44,326 nucleotides of DNA from a virus, in IMG/VR virus record IMGVR_UViG_3300021339_000003, positions 1-44,326 of that record; one strand, written 5' to 3'. Both the position numbers and the translations under genes were made by a program. How positions within the stretch are numbered: the first letter of the stretch is position 1; the number at the start of each line of letters is the position of its first letter. Below, in pieces: positions 7,440-16,872 of this stretch. The notes below the pieces were generated by a model. It worked only from the letters and a program-made list of their open reading frames with translations. It was not told the DNA's origin and did no database searches.

Positions 7440-9584
7440 ATGCCCGGACCCGTCACGCTTTGGCCGTTTGAATTCAGTACCACCACCTCGTTCATCATCG
7501 AGGTGGGTGACGCCTACATGCGTTTCTTCACCAACGGCGGACCTGTGCTGAGTGGTCCGAGCACGCCGTACGGAATAGTGACACCGTACGCCGAGGCCGA
7601 CGTTTTCGAGCTTCAGCACAAGCAAATCAACGACGTCGTTTACATCGTCCATCAATCGTACCCCGTCTACAAGCTGACGCGCATTGCCGACGACGACTGG
7701 GACCTCATCATTGTCGATTTCTTCACGCCGGCCATGCTGAACGAGAACGTCACGTCCACCACCATTACCGTGGACGGACAGACGGGCTCCATCAACATGA
7801 CGGCCACAGCCAACCTGTTTCTGCCCGGCCACGTCGGCAGCTATTGGCGCATGGGCTTCATTCGGGACGCTTTCACGCTGGGCCAGCTCATCAACGGCAA
7901 CGCGACGAGCAACGGCTACGAATTCATCGGTACGTGGTCCCTGAGAACCTACGGCACATGGGCTGCCGAGATAGCCGTGCAGCGTTCGCTCGACGGTGGG
8001 GCGACGTACATGGACATGCTTTCCGTGACGGGAGCCGCCGATCGTAACATCGACGAGACGGGCGAAGCCGAGCCCGGGGCGTTCTACCGCTTCGTGATTC
8101 GCAACTACGTCTCTGGAGCGGCCACAGGCGGACGTCTCGTTTTCGAGAGCCCTGATTCCATCGGCTACGGCTTCGTGCAAATAACAGCCGTAGGCTCAGG
8201 GTTGGAGGCGACAGCCGACGTCATCGAGCCCTTGAAGTACCTCCGTTTCTTTGGAGACACGGAAGGCGTCCCAACCACCACCTTTTGGGCCGAGGGCGCA
8301 TGGAGCGACGTGCGCGGCTACCCCCGCGCCGTCACCGTCCACGAGCAGCGGCTCCTCTTCGGCGGCACGTCCTTCCAGCCGGCCACGTGGTGGGGCAGTG
8401 TCATCGACGATTACGAGAATTTCCTATACGGCGTGAACGACGACGACGCGTACATGCTGACACTGGCCGGCCTTCAGTTGAACATGATTCAATGGATGGT
8501 TTCCGTGACCGCTCTCATCATCGGCACCTCGGGCGGGGAATGGGCCGTGTCCGGAAACACACAGGGTGCGATCATCACGGGCACCACGGTGGACGCGAAG
8601 CAGCAAAGCTCGTTCGGCTCCGAGCACATTGCCGCCACAGAGCAGCAGGGGCAGGTGCTGTTCATTCAACGAAAGGCCCTCCGCTTCCGTCAGATTCAGT
8701 ACCAGATTGATTCCAACCAGTACAAGGCGACAGACCTGACGGCCTACGCCTCCCATCTCACCGTTTCGGGAATCGTCATGTTCGCCTTCCAGCGCGATCC
8801 CACGCCCACGCTGTGGGTGGTGACCAACGACGGACAGCTTCTCGGGCTCACCTACGACCAAGAGCAGGGTGTCCTTGGCTGGCACCGTCACGTCACGGGA
8901 CCCGAGGACGGGGACAGCTTCGAGGCCGTTGCCTGCATCTACGGCGACAACGACGCCGACGATGAAGTGTGGGTCGTTGTCGCCCGTCTCATTGGTTCCA
9001 CGCTTACGCGCTTCGTTGAGCGACTGAACCCGGTCCGCTGGGAAGCCAAGGCTGACGCCTTCTATGTCGATTGCGGCCTGACCTTCGACGGGAGCCCGCT
9101 CACGGAGTTCACGATTGCCCATCTGCCGAACACGACGATTGACGTCCTCGCCGACGGCAGACCGTACCTCGACGTGGAGACCGATGCCCATGGGACGTTC
9201 ATTCTCCCCGAGGCTGCATCTGTCGTGCAGGCGGGTCTGCGCTACGTCTCTGAGCTGAAGCCGTTCCGGTTCGACGCGGATTCCATAGCCGGCGCTTCAG
9301 CGGGCCGAATCAAGCGGATTACGAAAGGCTCCCTGCGTCTCTTCCGCTCCTCGGGCGGGCAGTACGTCTACAACGGCCAGAACGTGAACATTGAGATTCC
9401 TGAGAGCGTCACGGTTCCGGACGCGGACAACCCGCCGCTCATCGGAGACCTTGCGCCACTCGACGTCCCGGTGGATTTCGTCACTGGCTACGATTTTGAT
9501 CCAACCTTTGTGATTCGCCAGAACGACCCGCTTCCGCTTTCCATCATCGCGATGCCCGTGGGTTACGACGTCGAAAGCACATGA
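7440..9584 (+). CDS. nozzle / tail tubular protein B (T7 gp12-like) body, lacking the N-terminal module
   Basis: 714 aa after the adaptor. It starts at ...LWPFEFSTTTSFIIEVGDAYMRFFTNGG, the segment that normally follows the N-terminal module. From memory, the C-terminus GRIKRITKGSLRLFRSSGG...QNDPLPLSIIAMPVGYDV parallels the GRLQLRRAWV...SDETTPLNIIGCGWEG end of T7 gp12. Confidence 0.65.
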   Translation: MPGPVTLWPFEFSTTTSFIIEVGDAYMRFFTNGGPVLSGPSTPYGIVTPYAEADVFELQHKQINDVVYIVHQSYPVYKLTRIADDDWDLIIVDFFTPAMLNENVTSTTITVDGQTGSINMTATANLFLPGHVGSYWRMGFIRDAFTLGQLINGNATSNGYEFIGTWSLRTYGTWAAEIAVQRSLDGGATYMDMLSVTGAADRNIDETGEAEPGAFYRFVIRNYVSGAATGGRLVFESPDSIGYGFVQITAVGSGLEATADVIEPLKYLRFFGDTEGVPTTTFWAEGAWSDVRGYPRAVTVHEQRLLFGGTSFQPATWWGSVIDDYENFLYGVNDDDAYMLTLAGLQLNMIQWMVSVTALIIGTSGGEWAVSGNTQGAIITGTTVDAKQQSSFGSEHIAATEQQGQVLFIQRKALRFRQIQYQIDSNQYKATDLTAYASHLTVSGIVMFAFQRDPTPTLWVVTNDGQLLGLTYDQEQGVLGWHRHVTGPEDGDSFEAVACIYGDNDADDEVWVVVARLIGSTLTRFVERLNPVRWEAKADAFYVDCGLTFDGSPLTEFTIAHLPNTTIDVLADGRPYLDVETDAHGTFILPEAASVVQAGLRYVSELKPFRFDADSIAGASAGRIKRITKGSLRLFRSSGGQYVYNGQNVNIEIPESVTVPDADNPPLIGDLAPLDVPVDFVTGYDFDPTFVIRQNDPLPLSIIAMPVGYDVEST

Positions 9585-10135
9585 TCCTCTACGAACTGGA
9601 AGAATTTGAGAAGCGTCACGGCTTCCGATGTGAGTTGGGAGTCAGTCTCGCAACGTACGCGGCCTATACGGCGCTGGCTGCTTCAGCAGCCGGTGGCGTC
9701 ATGGCCTACAAGAGCGCCAAGGATCAGGCAGCGGCCACTACCATGGCCGCGAGCTACAACGCCACGGCTCAGGAGAATCAAGCGACGCAGGGGGCCAACT
9801 TCGGGCGGGAGAACGTCCGCCGTACCATTTCCTCAGGGAACCGCTTTCTGGCCACGCAGCGGGCTTCTCTCGGTTCAAGTGGTGTCGTGGGCTCCACCGG
9901 CTCCCCGCTCCTCGCCATGGCCTACAATGCGGGCGAAGCGCGCCTGCGGGCGCTGGAAGCTTCCCAGCAGTCGTCAGCCGCCTACGGCGCAGGACTGGCC
10001 CGCGCTGGCATGACGCGCTACGAGGGGGCGCTTGAGGCCAAGGGCTACAAGCGCCGCGCCACGGCGTCCCTCATCTCCACGGCTGGACAGCTCGCTTCGA
10101 GCGGGTACGCGTTCAGGGACGCTGGAAATATCTAA
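9581..10135 (+). CDS. internal virion (ejection) protein, T7 gp14-like position
   Basis: 184 aa with an ATGA overlap onto the nozzle stop. Ala/Gly/Ser-rich with a hydrophobic stretch, LATYAAYTALAASAAGGVMAY. First gene after the nozzle. Confidence 0.45.
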   Translation: MILYELEEFEKRHGFRCELGVSLATYAAYTALAASAAGGVMAYKSAKDQAAATTMAASYNATAQENQATQGANFGRENVRRTISSGNRFLATQRASLGSSGVVGSTGSPLLAMAYNAGEARLRALEASQQSSAAYGAGLARAGMTRYEGALEAKGYKRRATASLISTAGQLASSGYAFRDAGNI

Positions 10136-10629
10136 ACGTGAGCCGGCCTCTTCCACCATCTGCGTTTGCGGCGATTGTTCGATTGCTGCTTGGCCGAAAC
10201 CCAATGGCAATTTTCTGGGCAATAATTCCCGTTGTTGTCTTTGCGATCAATCTGCATGCCGTCGGGTCGTGGGCCCATGTCGGCGTAGAAGTTAGCAAAC
10301 GAGTTTTTCCACCTGTCGCAGACAGTGATGCCTCGTCCGCCCCAATTCTCAAAATCTCGGGTGCTTGGGGTGTAGCACCTGCGTTTCATTGCGGCCCAAA
10401 TGTAGTGTTCGGGAGCGGCAGAGAGCCCGTGTCTGGTATTTGCCTTCTTAGTAGCATCGAGTTTGAAGCACCCGCAGCTTTGCGTGTGGCCAGACAGGAT
10501 TTTCGCGGTGACAACCACGCATTCGTTCCCGCACTCGCAGCGGCACTTCCACGCAGCACGACCGTTTGCCGCGTGTGTCCGCTCGATAGGTGTGAGCCGG
10601 TTAAACTTCTGGCCTTGGAGGTGTTTCAT
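10132..10629 (-). CDS. free-standing HNH/zinc-ribbon homing-endonuclease-like protein, antisense to the virion operon
   Basis: 165 aa from ATG 10629 (CACC-ATG context). FNRLTPIERT...WKCRCECGNECVV...LSGHTQSCGC...HGLS..PEHYIWAAMKRRC...NWGGRGITVCDRW...FYADMGPRP.GMQIDRKDNNGNYCPENCHWVS matches a recurrent phage family usually annotated as HNH endonuclease (from memory). Lower G+C than its flanks. Confidence 0.6.
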   Translation of the reverse strand: MKHLQGQKFNRLTPIERTHAANGRAAWKCRCECGNECVVVTAKILSGHTQSCGCFKLDATKKANTRHGLSAAPEHYIWAAMKRRCYTPSTRDFENWGGRGITVCDRWKNSFANFYADMGPRPDGMQIDRKDNNGNYCPENCHWVSAKQQSNNRRKRRWWKRPAHV

Positions 10630-10686
10630 GGTGCAATCGCAAATGCTCCCGTGTCTTATGTCAACTAAGCAGACAGGCGCAATCTG

Positions 10687-12051
10687 ATGGCAAGAATCCA
10701 ACTGATTCAGGCGGGACAGGCCGAAAACGTCCAATACCCGGGAGCCGTCGTAAATTCGGATGCCGTACGTGCGCCCGCTCAGGGCAATGCCGCCATCGGC
10801 GCAGCCGTGGGCCAGATTGGGCAGGAAGCGGGGGAGCTGGCCCAACGCATGGCGGAAGCGAAAAACCGCACGGCCATTCTGGACGCCAACGTACAGCAGC
10901 AGCAAACCTTCGACAATTTCCATACGTCCCTCGCCAACCAGCCCGACGAGACGCAATGGCGTGACCAGTGGCAGAAGCAGGTGGTGTCCGAACAGTCGCG
11001 CATCGACAGCCTGAAGCTGTCACCCGACGCCAAGCGGATCGTTGACGACAATTACAAGAAGTGGGTGGCCAACACCAACGCGCAGGTGAACACGATCACG
11101 GCTGCCGCTGGCATCAAGCGCATGACCAAGACCAATTCGGCCAATGCCGAATACCTCGCAGAGAAGGGACAGCTTTCAGAAGCCTACGGGACCGTGGACG
11201 TGATGGTCTCCACGGGACTCATCAACAAGGACGACGGCATGCTGTTCAAGCGCCGCCTCCAGACCACTTCCGACATGTCGTCCATCAACGGCATGATTGC
11301 CGAGAATCCCATTGCCGCCCCCGACGAACTGAAGGCCAAGGAAAAGGACGGCTCGTGGAAGCTGTTCCCGGAACTCGACCCCAACGCCCGCCGCATCAAG
11401 ATCAGGCAGGCCGAAGAAGAGGCAGCGCGCCGTCGTACCCAAATCGGCTCCGGCTTTCAGAACCGGATCAACCTTGCTCTTGCTGGGGCCGGACAGCCCC
11501 CGACTCGCGAACAGCTTCAGGCGTCTGTGGACGCCAAGGAAATCAGCCCGCAACAGATGAAGTACTTTCAGGGGCAGATTGCCGGTACGGCCGGCTACGC
11601 TGAGAACCTCGTCAGGAAGGTTAAACTCGGGGAGCGTATCAACACGTGGCGTCCCGGACAGGAGGATTCAGACATCAGGCTCAATCAGATTGCGCAGGAC
11701 ATGGCCGGACTGCCGAAGTCCATGCAGGACGACCTTGAGGCGGCTCTCAACCGCTCGGTTTCAGCCAAGGGTGATCCAGCCGAAAAGAATGGCGTGGACT
11801 ACATCAACTTTCTCCTTGGCCATGGCGACCTCGGAACCGACGAGAACGACAAGCCGTCGCCTGAGGCGTACGGAGTTGCGGCGAGACTCACGGACGACCT
11901 GAACAAATTCCTTCAGGCCAACCCGAAAGCGACGATCTCGGAGCAAACCGATTTCGTGAACGCCCAGTCGAAGCTCCCCAAGGATCAGCGCAACAGCGGT
12001 ACCGTGTTCAATTGGGCCACCGGCCGAGCGCCCGCCAAACCGTCAAGGTAG
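10687..12051 (+). CDS. internal virion (ejection) protein, T7 gp15-like position
   Basis: 454 aa, Gln/Ala/Lys-rich and helical-looking. Second core-protein position. Confidence 0.45.
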   Translation: MARIQLIQAGQAENVQYPGAVVNSDAVRAPAQGNAAIGAAVGQIGQEAGELAQRMAEAKNRTAILDANVQQQQTFDNFHTSLANQPDETQWRDQWQKQVVSEQSRIDSLKLSPDAKRIVDDNYKKWVANTNAQVNTITAAAGIKRMTKTNSANAEYLAEKGQLSEAYGTVDVMVSTGLINKDDGMLFKRRLQTTSDMSSINGMIAENPIAAPDELKAKEKDGSWKLFPELDPNARRIKIRQAEEEAARRRTQIGSGFQNRINLALAGAGQPPTREQLQASVDAKEISPQQMKYFQGQIAGTAGYAENLVRKVKLGERINTWRPGQEDSDIRLNQIAQDMAGLPKSMQDDLEAALNRSVSAKGDPAEKNGVDYINFLLGHGDLGTDENDKPSPEAYGVAARLTDDLNKFLQANPKATISEQTDFVNAQSKLPKDQRNSGTVFNWATGRAPAKPSR

Positions 12052-12054
12052 CCC

Positions 12055-15000
12055 GTGGCTGACCAACCGGCACTTCCGCCCCCCGTGGCCGAGAAAAGCC
12101 CGGGAAGGGCCATTCCTGAGCGAATGGAGGCCCTTTTCGGAGGCGTTGACCAATTCGACAAGGTGCTGCCGTCCGAGGTGTCGGCCCAGCTCAATGAATC
12201 GGTCTCCCGTTCCGTCGACCCGCAGACCGACAAGAAGCGTTGGGCCAATATCACGTTTCTGGCTGATCGTTCGGGGCAGACGCCCGAAGCCATCTCGCAG
12301 AACTACGCCCGGGCGCGCGACAACTACGCGCGCCAGCAGTGGGGTTTCAATGGTCCGGCCGAAGACGGTCAGTTCTACGATTTCGCAGGCAGCCAGCTCG
12401 GACGCGAGAAAGCGGAGCGGCAGATGCTGGGGGAGATGCAGGCCAATCTATCAAAGGCGCTCATCGACGGAACAACAGCCGACATGAAGGAGGCCATTTC
12501 GGGACAGATGGCCGAATTTCAGACCAAGGCAGACCCGCGATTCAACCCGACCCGTTCCGACTTGTATTTCCATGTGCTGGGCTCGTTCGCCCAGCAGAAG
12601 CAGGAACAGATTGCCGAGCTTCAGGTTCCGGTGGCGCTCCTCAAGGAGTATTTCACCCGGGCCAAGAACGCAGGTGTGACGGGTGGGGAAACGCTAGGCT
12701 TCGGGGAGGGAGAAATCGCCGGTCTGCGCGAAGAAGCGCAGCGTGTACTGGAACGCTTCCCCCAACAGGATCAAGACCTTGCCATCTATCTTGCGTCCCA
12801 CAGCGTCCAGCAGACCTCGGGGCCTTCCACTGAAGGGACGTTTGCCGCTCGTGCTGACCGCGGCGTCTCAAACACCGTCACCAACGTGACGGAGAACATC
12901 AAACGCCGTGGCCATCAATTCGCCACGTTCCTTGACCCAAGCATCACGGCGCAGGAGGAAAAGGCGTTCGGGAGCAACGAGCCCCGCAACGCCATTGGCC
13001 GCAAACTGGACGGCGTCGTGCAGGGCACGCTCGACCCACTCAAGGGCCCGGGCTGGTTGAGTAACGGTCTGATGGATTTGGTGGAAGGGTTTCCCGAGAT
13101 GATTTTGGCTTTCACGCCGGGCGGGGCCACGGTAAATTTTCTTTCGACGAGCGAGCGTCTCCACACGAAGTACGAGCAGGAGGGGATATCTTCGGAGAGC
13201 GCGTCGCTTTTGGCTGATGTCGTTTCGATTCCGATTACGGCAGCCCAGTTCATCTCCACCAAGATGGTGTTTGGCGGCAAAGTGCCGTTTCTGGGCAAGG
13301 TGCTTTCCACGCCCGTGACAACGGGCGCAGAGCTGGCCAAGCGCATCGGCCTGACGTTGGGAGCGGAGACGGTCACGCAGGGGACGCTCAACGAACTGAT
13401 GAGCGTTGCCCCCGAACTTGGCCAACAGCTCGCCTCGCAGCTTTCCGACGCCTATCCGGGCGTTGATTGGAAGAAGTACCGGGAAGAGTGGGCTGCGCGC
13501 ACACCTGAGGACATCGCGCGCATGATTCCCATGGTGCTCATTGGCACCGGCATTGCCTCGTTTCACGAGGCCGTAGGCGGCAAGGAGTACATCCAGCAGC
13601 GGGATCTTTTGGAGAAATCGGGTTTCACGCCGCCCGTCATCCAGTCGATCATGGCAGCGCCAACCGTGAAAGAGGCGGCAACGCTCGTTCGCGACAATTG
13701 GAAGGCGCGCGAACCAGCCAAGCCGGACATCACCGTTGAACCGCTCGGCAAGAAGTACCTCGTCGTTGAAGGCGTCGGAGAGCCCGTGGAACAGTTTCAG
13801 GTGAAGCGGGCCGGCGAGGAGCGAGGCGTTACCATGACGCGCGAGCAAATGCTTTCAGAAGGAATCCCCGTTCCGGGCGAAAGCGTCAAAGCTTCCATCG
13901 AGAGCGTGGCGGGCCTCGGCATGCAGGCCCTTCTCAAACTCGGGGAAACCGAGCGCAATGGCGTGCGCGGCATCACGGGCTACGCCTACGAGCTTGGTTC
14001 ACACGTCCAATCCCCTGAGGACTTGGAAGCCCTGCAAACAGCAGCCAAGGACTACGCGACGCGCGCCCGCGAAATACTCACTTCTGGCGACATGGAGCGA
14101 TTCGACGAGGCACAGGTGCTATCGTCCAAGGCGCAGGTGTTTCGCGAGGCGTACGAAGCGGCCACCGACACGGGCAGCGCCAAGGGCGCATTGACAGAAC
14201 CCCCCGCCCCCGAGGGTGTGATGGCGCGATCAGTGAAACAGGACGTTCTAGCCTCTAACATCGTCCAGAACGACAACGGCACGTACACGGTGAGCATGCC
14301 TGACGGCAATCCTGTTGGTACCGTATCGACGCCAGAGGCCGCTGCGGCCTTGGCCGAGGGTGCGAGTGCCCTTCACGAGACAACGGCCTTCACACGCGTC
14401 GTAAACGCCCTTGGCGGTGATCCCCAGACCTTGGGCATTGTTCCGCCCGGCTTCCAAATCGTGGACGAGCTACTTGCCCCCATCACCCGCAACCGTGATG
14501 CCACGATGCGCGCACTAGCAGGACATTCCGCCCCCGCGACGACATCAGCCTCAGAAGAGGCAGGGAATGCCCTCGTGCGCTATGCCTCGTCCAAGATGGC
14601 AGCGCCCCACGTGGCCAAGGCCATGACGGCCGAAGTGCTTGGGCCGCGCCTCAATGACGCGGAGTTCCGCTCCCGGCTCGGGTCTGTGCTCGTGGAGGAC
14701 AGGCTTCGCGCCATCAAGCGCGGACTGGAGAACGAAGCCGCTGCGCAGACAGACCCACAGGAAAAGGCGGCTCTCGAACAAGCCGCCGATCGCGTCGTGT
14801 CCATCATGGGCGACGCCGAATTCCATACCGAGCTTTCAGACCCGGAGATTCAGCAGGCAATTGAACGCCACAAGGCGACCATCCAGAAGACAGCCGAGCA
14901 ATTCCACACCGAGACCGGCGGCAAGCTGGCCGGAGCCGGTCTGGAAACGGGAGCCTTCGTCAATCTGCAAGCCGTGTTCGGCGACGATCCCACCGCCGTG

Positions 15001-16872
15001 ATTGGCGGAGGCACGTCTCGCGGCAATCTCACCAATCCACTCAAGCAGGGTTCCCGCTTCGCCAAGACAGCCAAAGGCACAGGGGAGCAGTACGTCACCG
15101 ACTATGCTGACATCGCGGAGCGCATGGTTGAGGGAAACTTTGCCGAGAACGCCAAGCGCCAGCTCTACAAGCAGCTCCTGAAGGACGGGCTCGGGAAGGT
15201 GCAGAAGACGGGCGAAGAGAAGCCGGCCAACACCGACGGCTGGAAGCAATTCCCCATCGAGCGACGCCTCGCCTCCGTCGGAGAAAACCTCTGGGTGCGT
15301 CCCGACGTCGCGCGCGAGCTACGACAGGCGCTCAACGTGGACGGCGTGATTGAAAGCGCCGCCCTTCAGAATCTCGCTAAGCTCGTCACAGGCATCCAGC
15401 TCGCCGGTCCCGTGGACGCCGTGTTCCACACGGCCAACATCCTTTCCGCCATCAATGGTTCGCAGGGCGGGCGCTCGTTGCTCGCTGATCTCGCCCGCAA
15501 GATTCCCGGCGTGAACCTCGTGACGACGCTCGTCGCTGTCACCCGCAAGGCCATGGCTCTCGTCCACGGCGACACCACGCTTCTGCGGGATCTATCATCG
15601 CTCGCCGAATCGGGAGCCCTGCGCGACGAGGGACAGGCGCACAACGGGCTTCTGCGCTATTCCTCGAAGTTCATCGGACTCGTGGACAAGGCGGGACGCC
15701 TCGTCCTGAAAGACATGTTCGACAACCTTACGGAGCGCGGGCTGGCCAAGAACACAGAGCGCAACCGCCGCGAGTTCGTCAATCAGGTGGGCCAGTACAA
15801 CAGCCGGCTTCACGGCCAGTTTCAGCGCATCCTGAAGGAGGTGGGCATCTCCCCGTTCATCGTCGCAGGAAAGACCTTCAACCGGAATGCGCTTCGTCGC
15901 CTGACCGCCTCTCCCGGCTTCGAGGCAGCGTCCCGCAGCGCGGCCATTCAGGCCCGGGCCGTGGAGATTGCCGGGCTCGTCACGACGCTCCTCGTCGTCC
16001 CTGCGACGCTCAACTATCTCGTGACGGGCTCCATTCTTGGACGTCCCGGGACGCCACAAGGAGCCATCGACACAGGGAAGGATGACAAGCGTGGCCGGCA
16101 CATCGTCATCGACCCGCTCCAATGGACGGGCCTTCGTCGTGGTCTGCGCCTGACAGGCATCAACGCTGCCATTCAGGGGGCGCGCAGCGACCAGTCATTT
16201 AATCGCACTGGGGGCGACATGGCGCGCGACATCATCAATTCCGCCGTTCACCCGTACGCAGGCCCCATAGTGCGCGTGGGTGCTGTCGCCCTCACAGGCA
16301 AATCCATCTCCGGCTTCCGCGAAGCCCCGCTTGTTGACGAAGGGTTGCCACAAATCAAAGAGAACCTGAAGGCAGCAGCCAAGGAACTGAACCCGTCTGT
16401 CGGGGCTTTCCTCGAAGGTCGGGAGCGTGGCGGTCCACGGGCTGGGCTGATGGAGACACTGACGAGCCTCGGTAGTGCAGCCGGCGTCAAGGAGGTGAAG
16501 CCGCTCACGGCTGTAACGCGCATCTACAACCTCGCCGATCAATACAAGACGGACCACGACATCCCGAAAGACCCGGGCGAACACCCGGTGTCGCAGTACA
16601 AGCCGCTGAAGGAAGCCCTCCGTATCGGGGACATGGAGGAAGCTGTCGCGTCTGTGCGCACGCTCTTGGAGAAGAAGAAGCGTCCGCTCGATGTGTCGCA
16701 GGACTTCCACGAATCGCTGTTCGCGCCGTTCACGGGCTCGAAGAAAGGCGACAAGCAATTCAGGGCTTCGCTGGACGAGGAGAAACAGGCGGTCTATGAC
16801 GAGGCCGTGGCACAGAGGAAAGAGATGTGGACGCGGTTCCGGGCTGCGCTTCAGGAAGCGCGGGCCAAGTGA
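12055..16872 (+). CDS. large internal virion (ejection) protein, T7 gp16-like position
   Basis: 1605 aa, the largest ORF. GTG start 3 nt (CCC) after the TAG of the previous gene. Last and largest gene of the core-protein block. I recognise no lytic transglycosylase, HExxH or polymerase motif. Confidence 0.55.
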   Translation: MADQPALPPPVAEKSPGRAIPERMEALFGGVDQFDKVLPSEVSAQLNESVSRSVDPQTDKKRWANITFLADRSGQTPEAISQNYARARDNYARQQWGFNGPAEDGQFYDFAGSQLGREKAERQMLGEMQANLSKALIDGTTADMKEAISGQMAEFQTKADPRFNPTRSDLYFHVLGSFAQQKQEQIAELQVPVALLKEYFTRAKNAGVTGGETLGFGEGEIAGLREEAQRVLERFPQQDQDLAIYLASHSVQQTSGPSTEGTFAARADRGVSNTVTNVTENIKRRGHQFATFLDPSITAQEEKAFGSNEPRNAIGRKLDGVVQGTLDPLKGPGWLSNGLMDLVEGFPEMILAFTPGGATVNFLSTSERLHTKYEQEGISSESASLLADVVSIPITAAQFISTKMVFGGKVPFLGKVLSTPVTTGAELAKRIGLTLGAETVTQGTLNELMSVAPELGQQLASQLSDAYPGVDWKKYREEWAARTPEDIARMIPMVLIGTGIASFHEAVGGKEYIQQRDLLEKSGFTPPVIQSIMAAPTVKEAATLVRDNWKAREPAKPDITVEPLGKKYLVVEGVGEPVEQFQVKRAGEERGVTMTREQMLSEGIPVPGESVKASIESVAGLGMQALLKLGETERNGVRGITGYAYELGSHVQSPEDLEALQTAAKDYATRAREILTSGDMERFDEAQVLSSKAQVFREAYEAATDTGSAKGALTEPPAPEGVMARSVKQDVLASNIVQNDNGTYTVSMPDGNPVGTVSTPEAAAALAEGASALHETTAFTRVVNALGGDPQTLGIVPPGFQIVDELLAPITRNRDATMRALAGHSAPATTSASEEAGNALVRYASSKMAAPHVAKAMTAEVLGPRLNDAEFRSRLGSVLVEDRLRAIKRGLENEAAAQTDPQEKAALEQAADRVVSIMGDAEFHTELSDPEIQQAIERHKATIQKTAEQFHTETGGKLAGAGLETGAFVNLQAVFGDDPTAVIGGGTSRGNLTNPLKQGSRFAKTAKGTGEQYVTDYADIAERMVEGNFAENAKRQLYKQLLKDGLGKVQKTGEEKPANTDGWKQFPIERRLASVGENLWVRPDVARELRQALNVDGVIESAALQNLAKLVTGIQLAGPVDAVFHTANILSAINGSQGGRSLLADLARKIPGVNLVTTLVAVTRKAMALVHGDTTLLRDLSSLAESGALRDEGQAHNGLLRYSSKFIGLVDKAGRLVLKDMFDNLTERGLAKNTERNRREFVNQVGQYNSRLHGQFQRILKEVGISPFIVAGKTFNRNALRRLTASPGFEAASRSAAIQARAVEIAGLVTTLLVVPATLNYLVTGSILGRPGTPQGAIDTGKDDKRGRHIVIDPLQWTGLRRGLRLTGINAAIQGARSDQSFNRTGGDMARDIINSAVHPYAGPIVRVGAVALTGKSISGFREAPLVDEGLPQIKENLKAAAKELNPSVGAFLEGRERGGPRAGLMETLTSLGSAAGVKEVKPLTAVTRIYNLADQYKTDHDIPKDPGEHPVSQYKPLKEALRIGDMEEAVASVRTLLEKKKRPLDVSQDFHESLFAPFTGSKKGDKQFRASLDEEKQAVYDEAVAQRKEMWTRFRAALQEARAK

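Noticed and set aside
12055-16872. The 1605-aa protein as a virion RNA polymerase (N4-like) or as the missing muralytic enzyme.
   Set aside because: I could not find T7-like polymerase motifs (RxxxKxxxxxxYG, HDS/HDA), lytic transglycosylase motifs or HExxH motifs by eye. Its position and size fit a gp16-type ejection protein.
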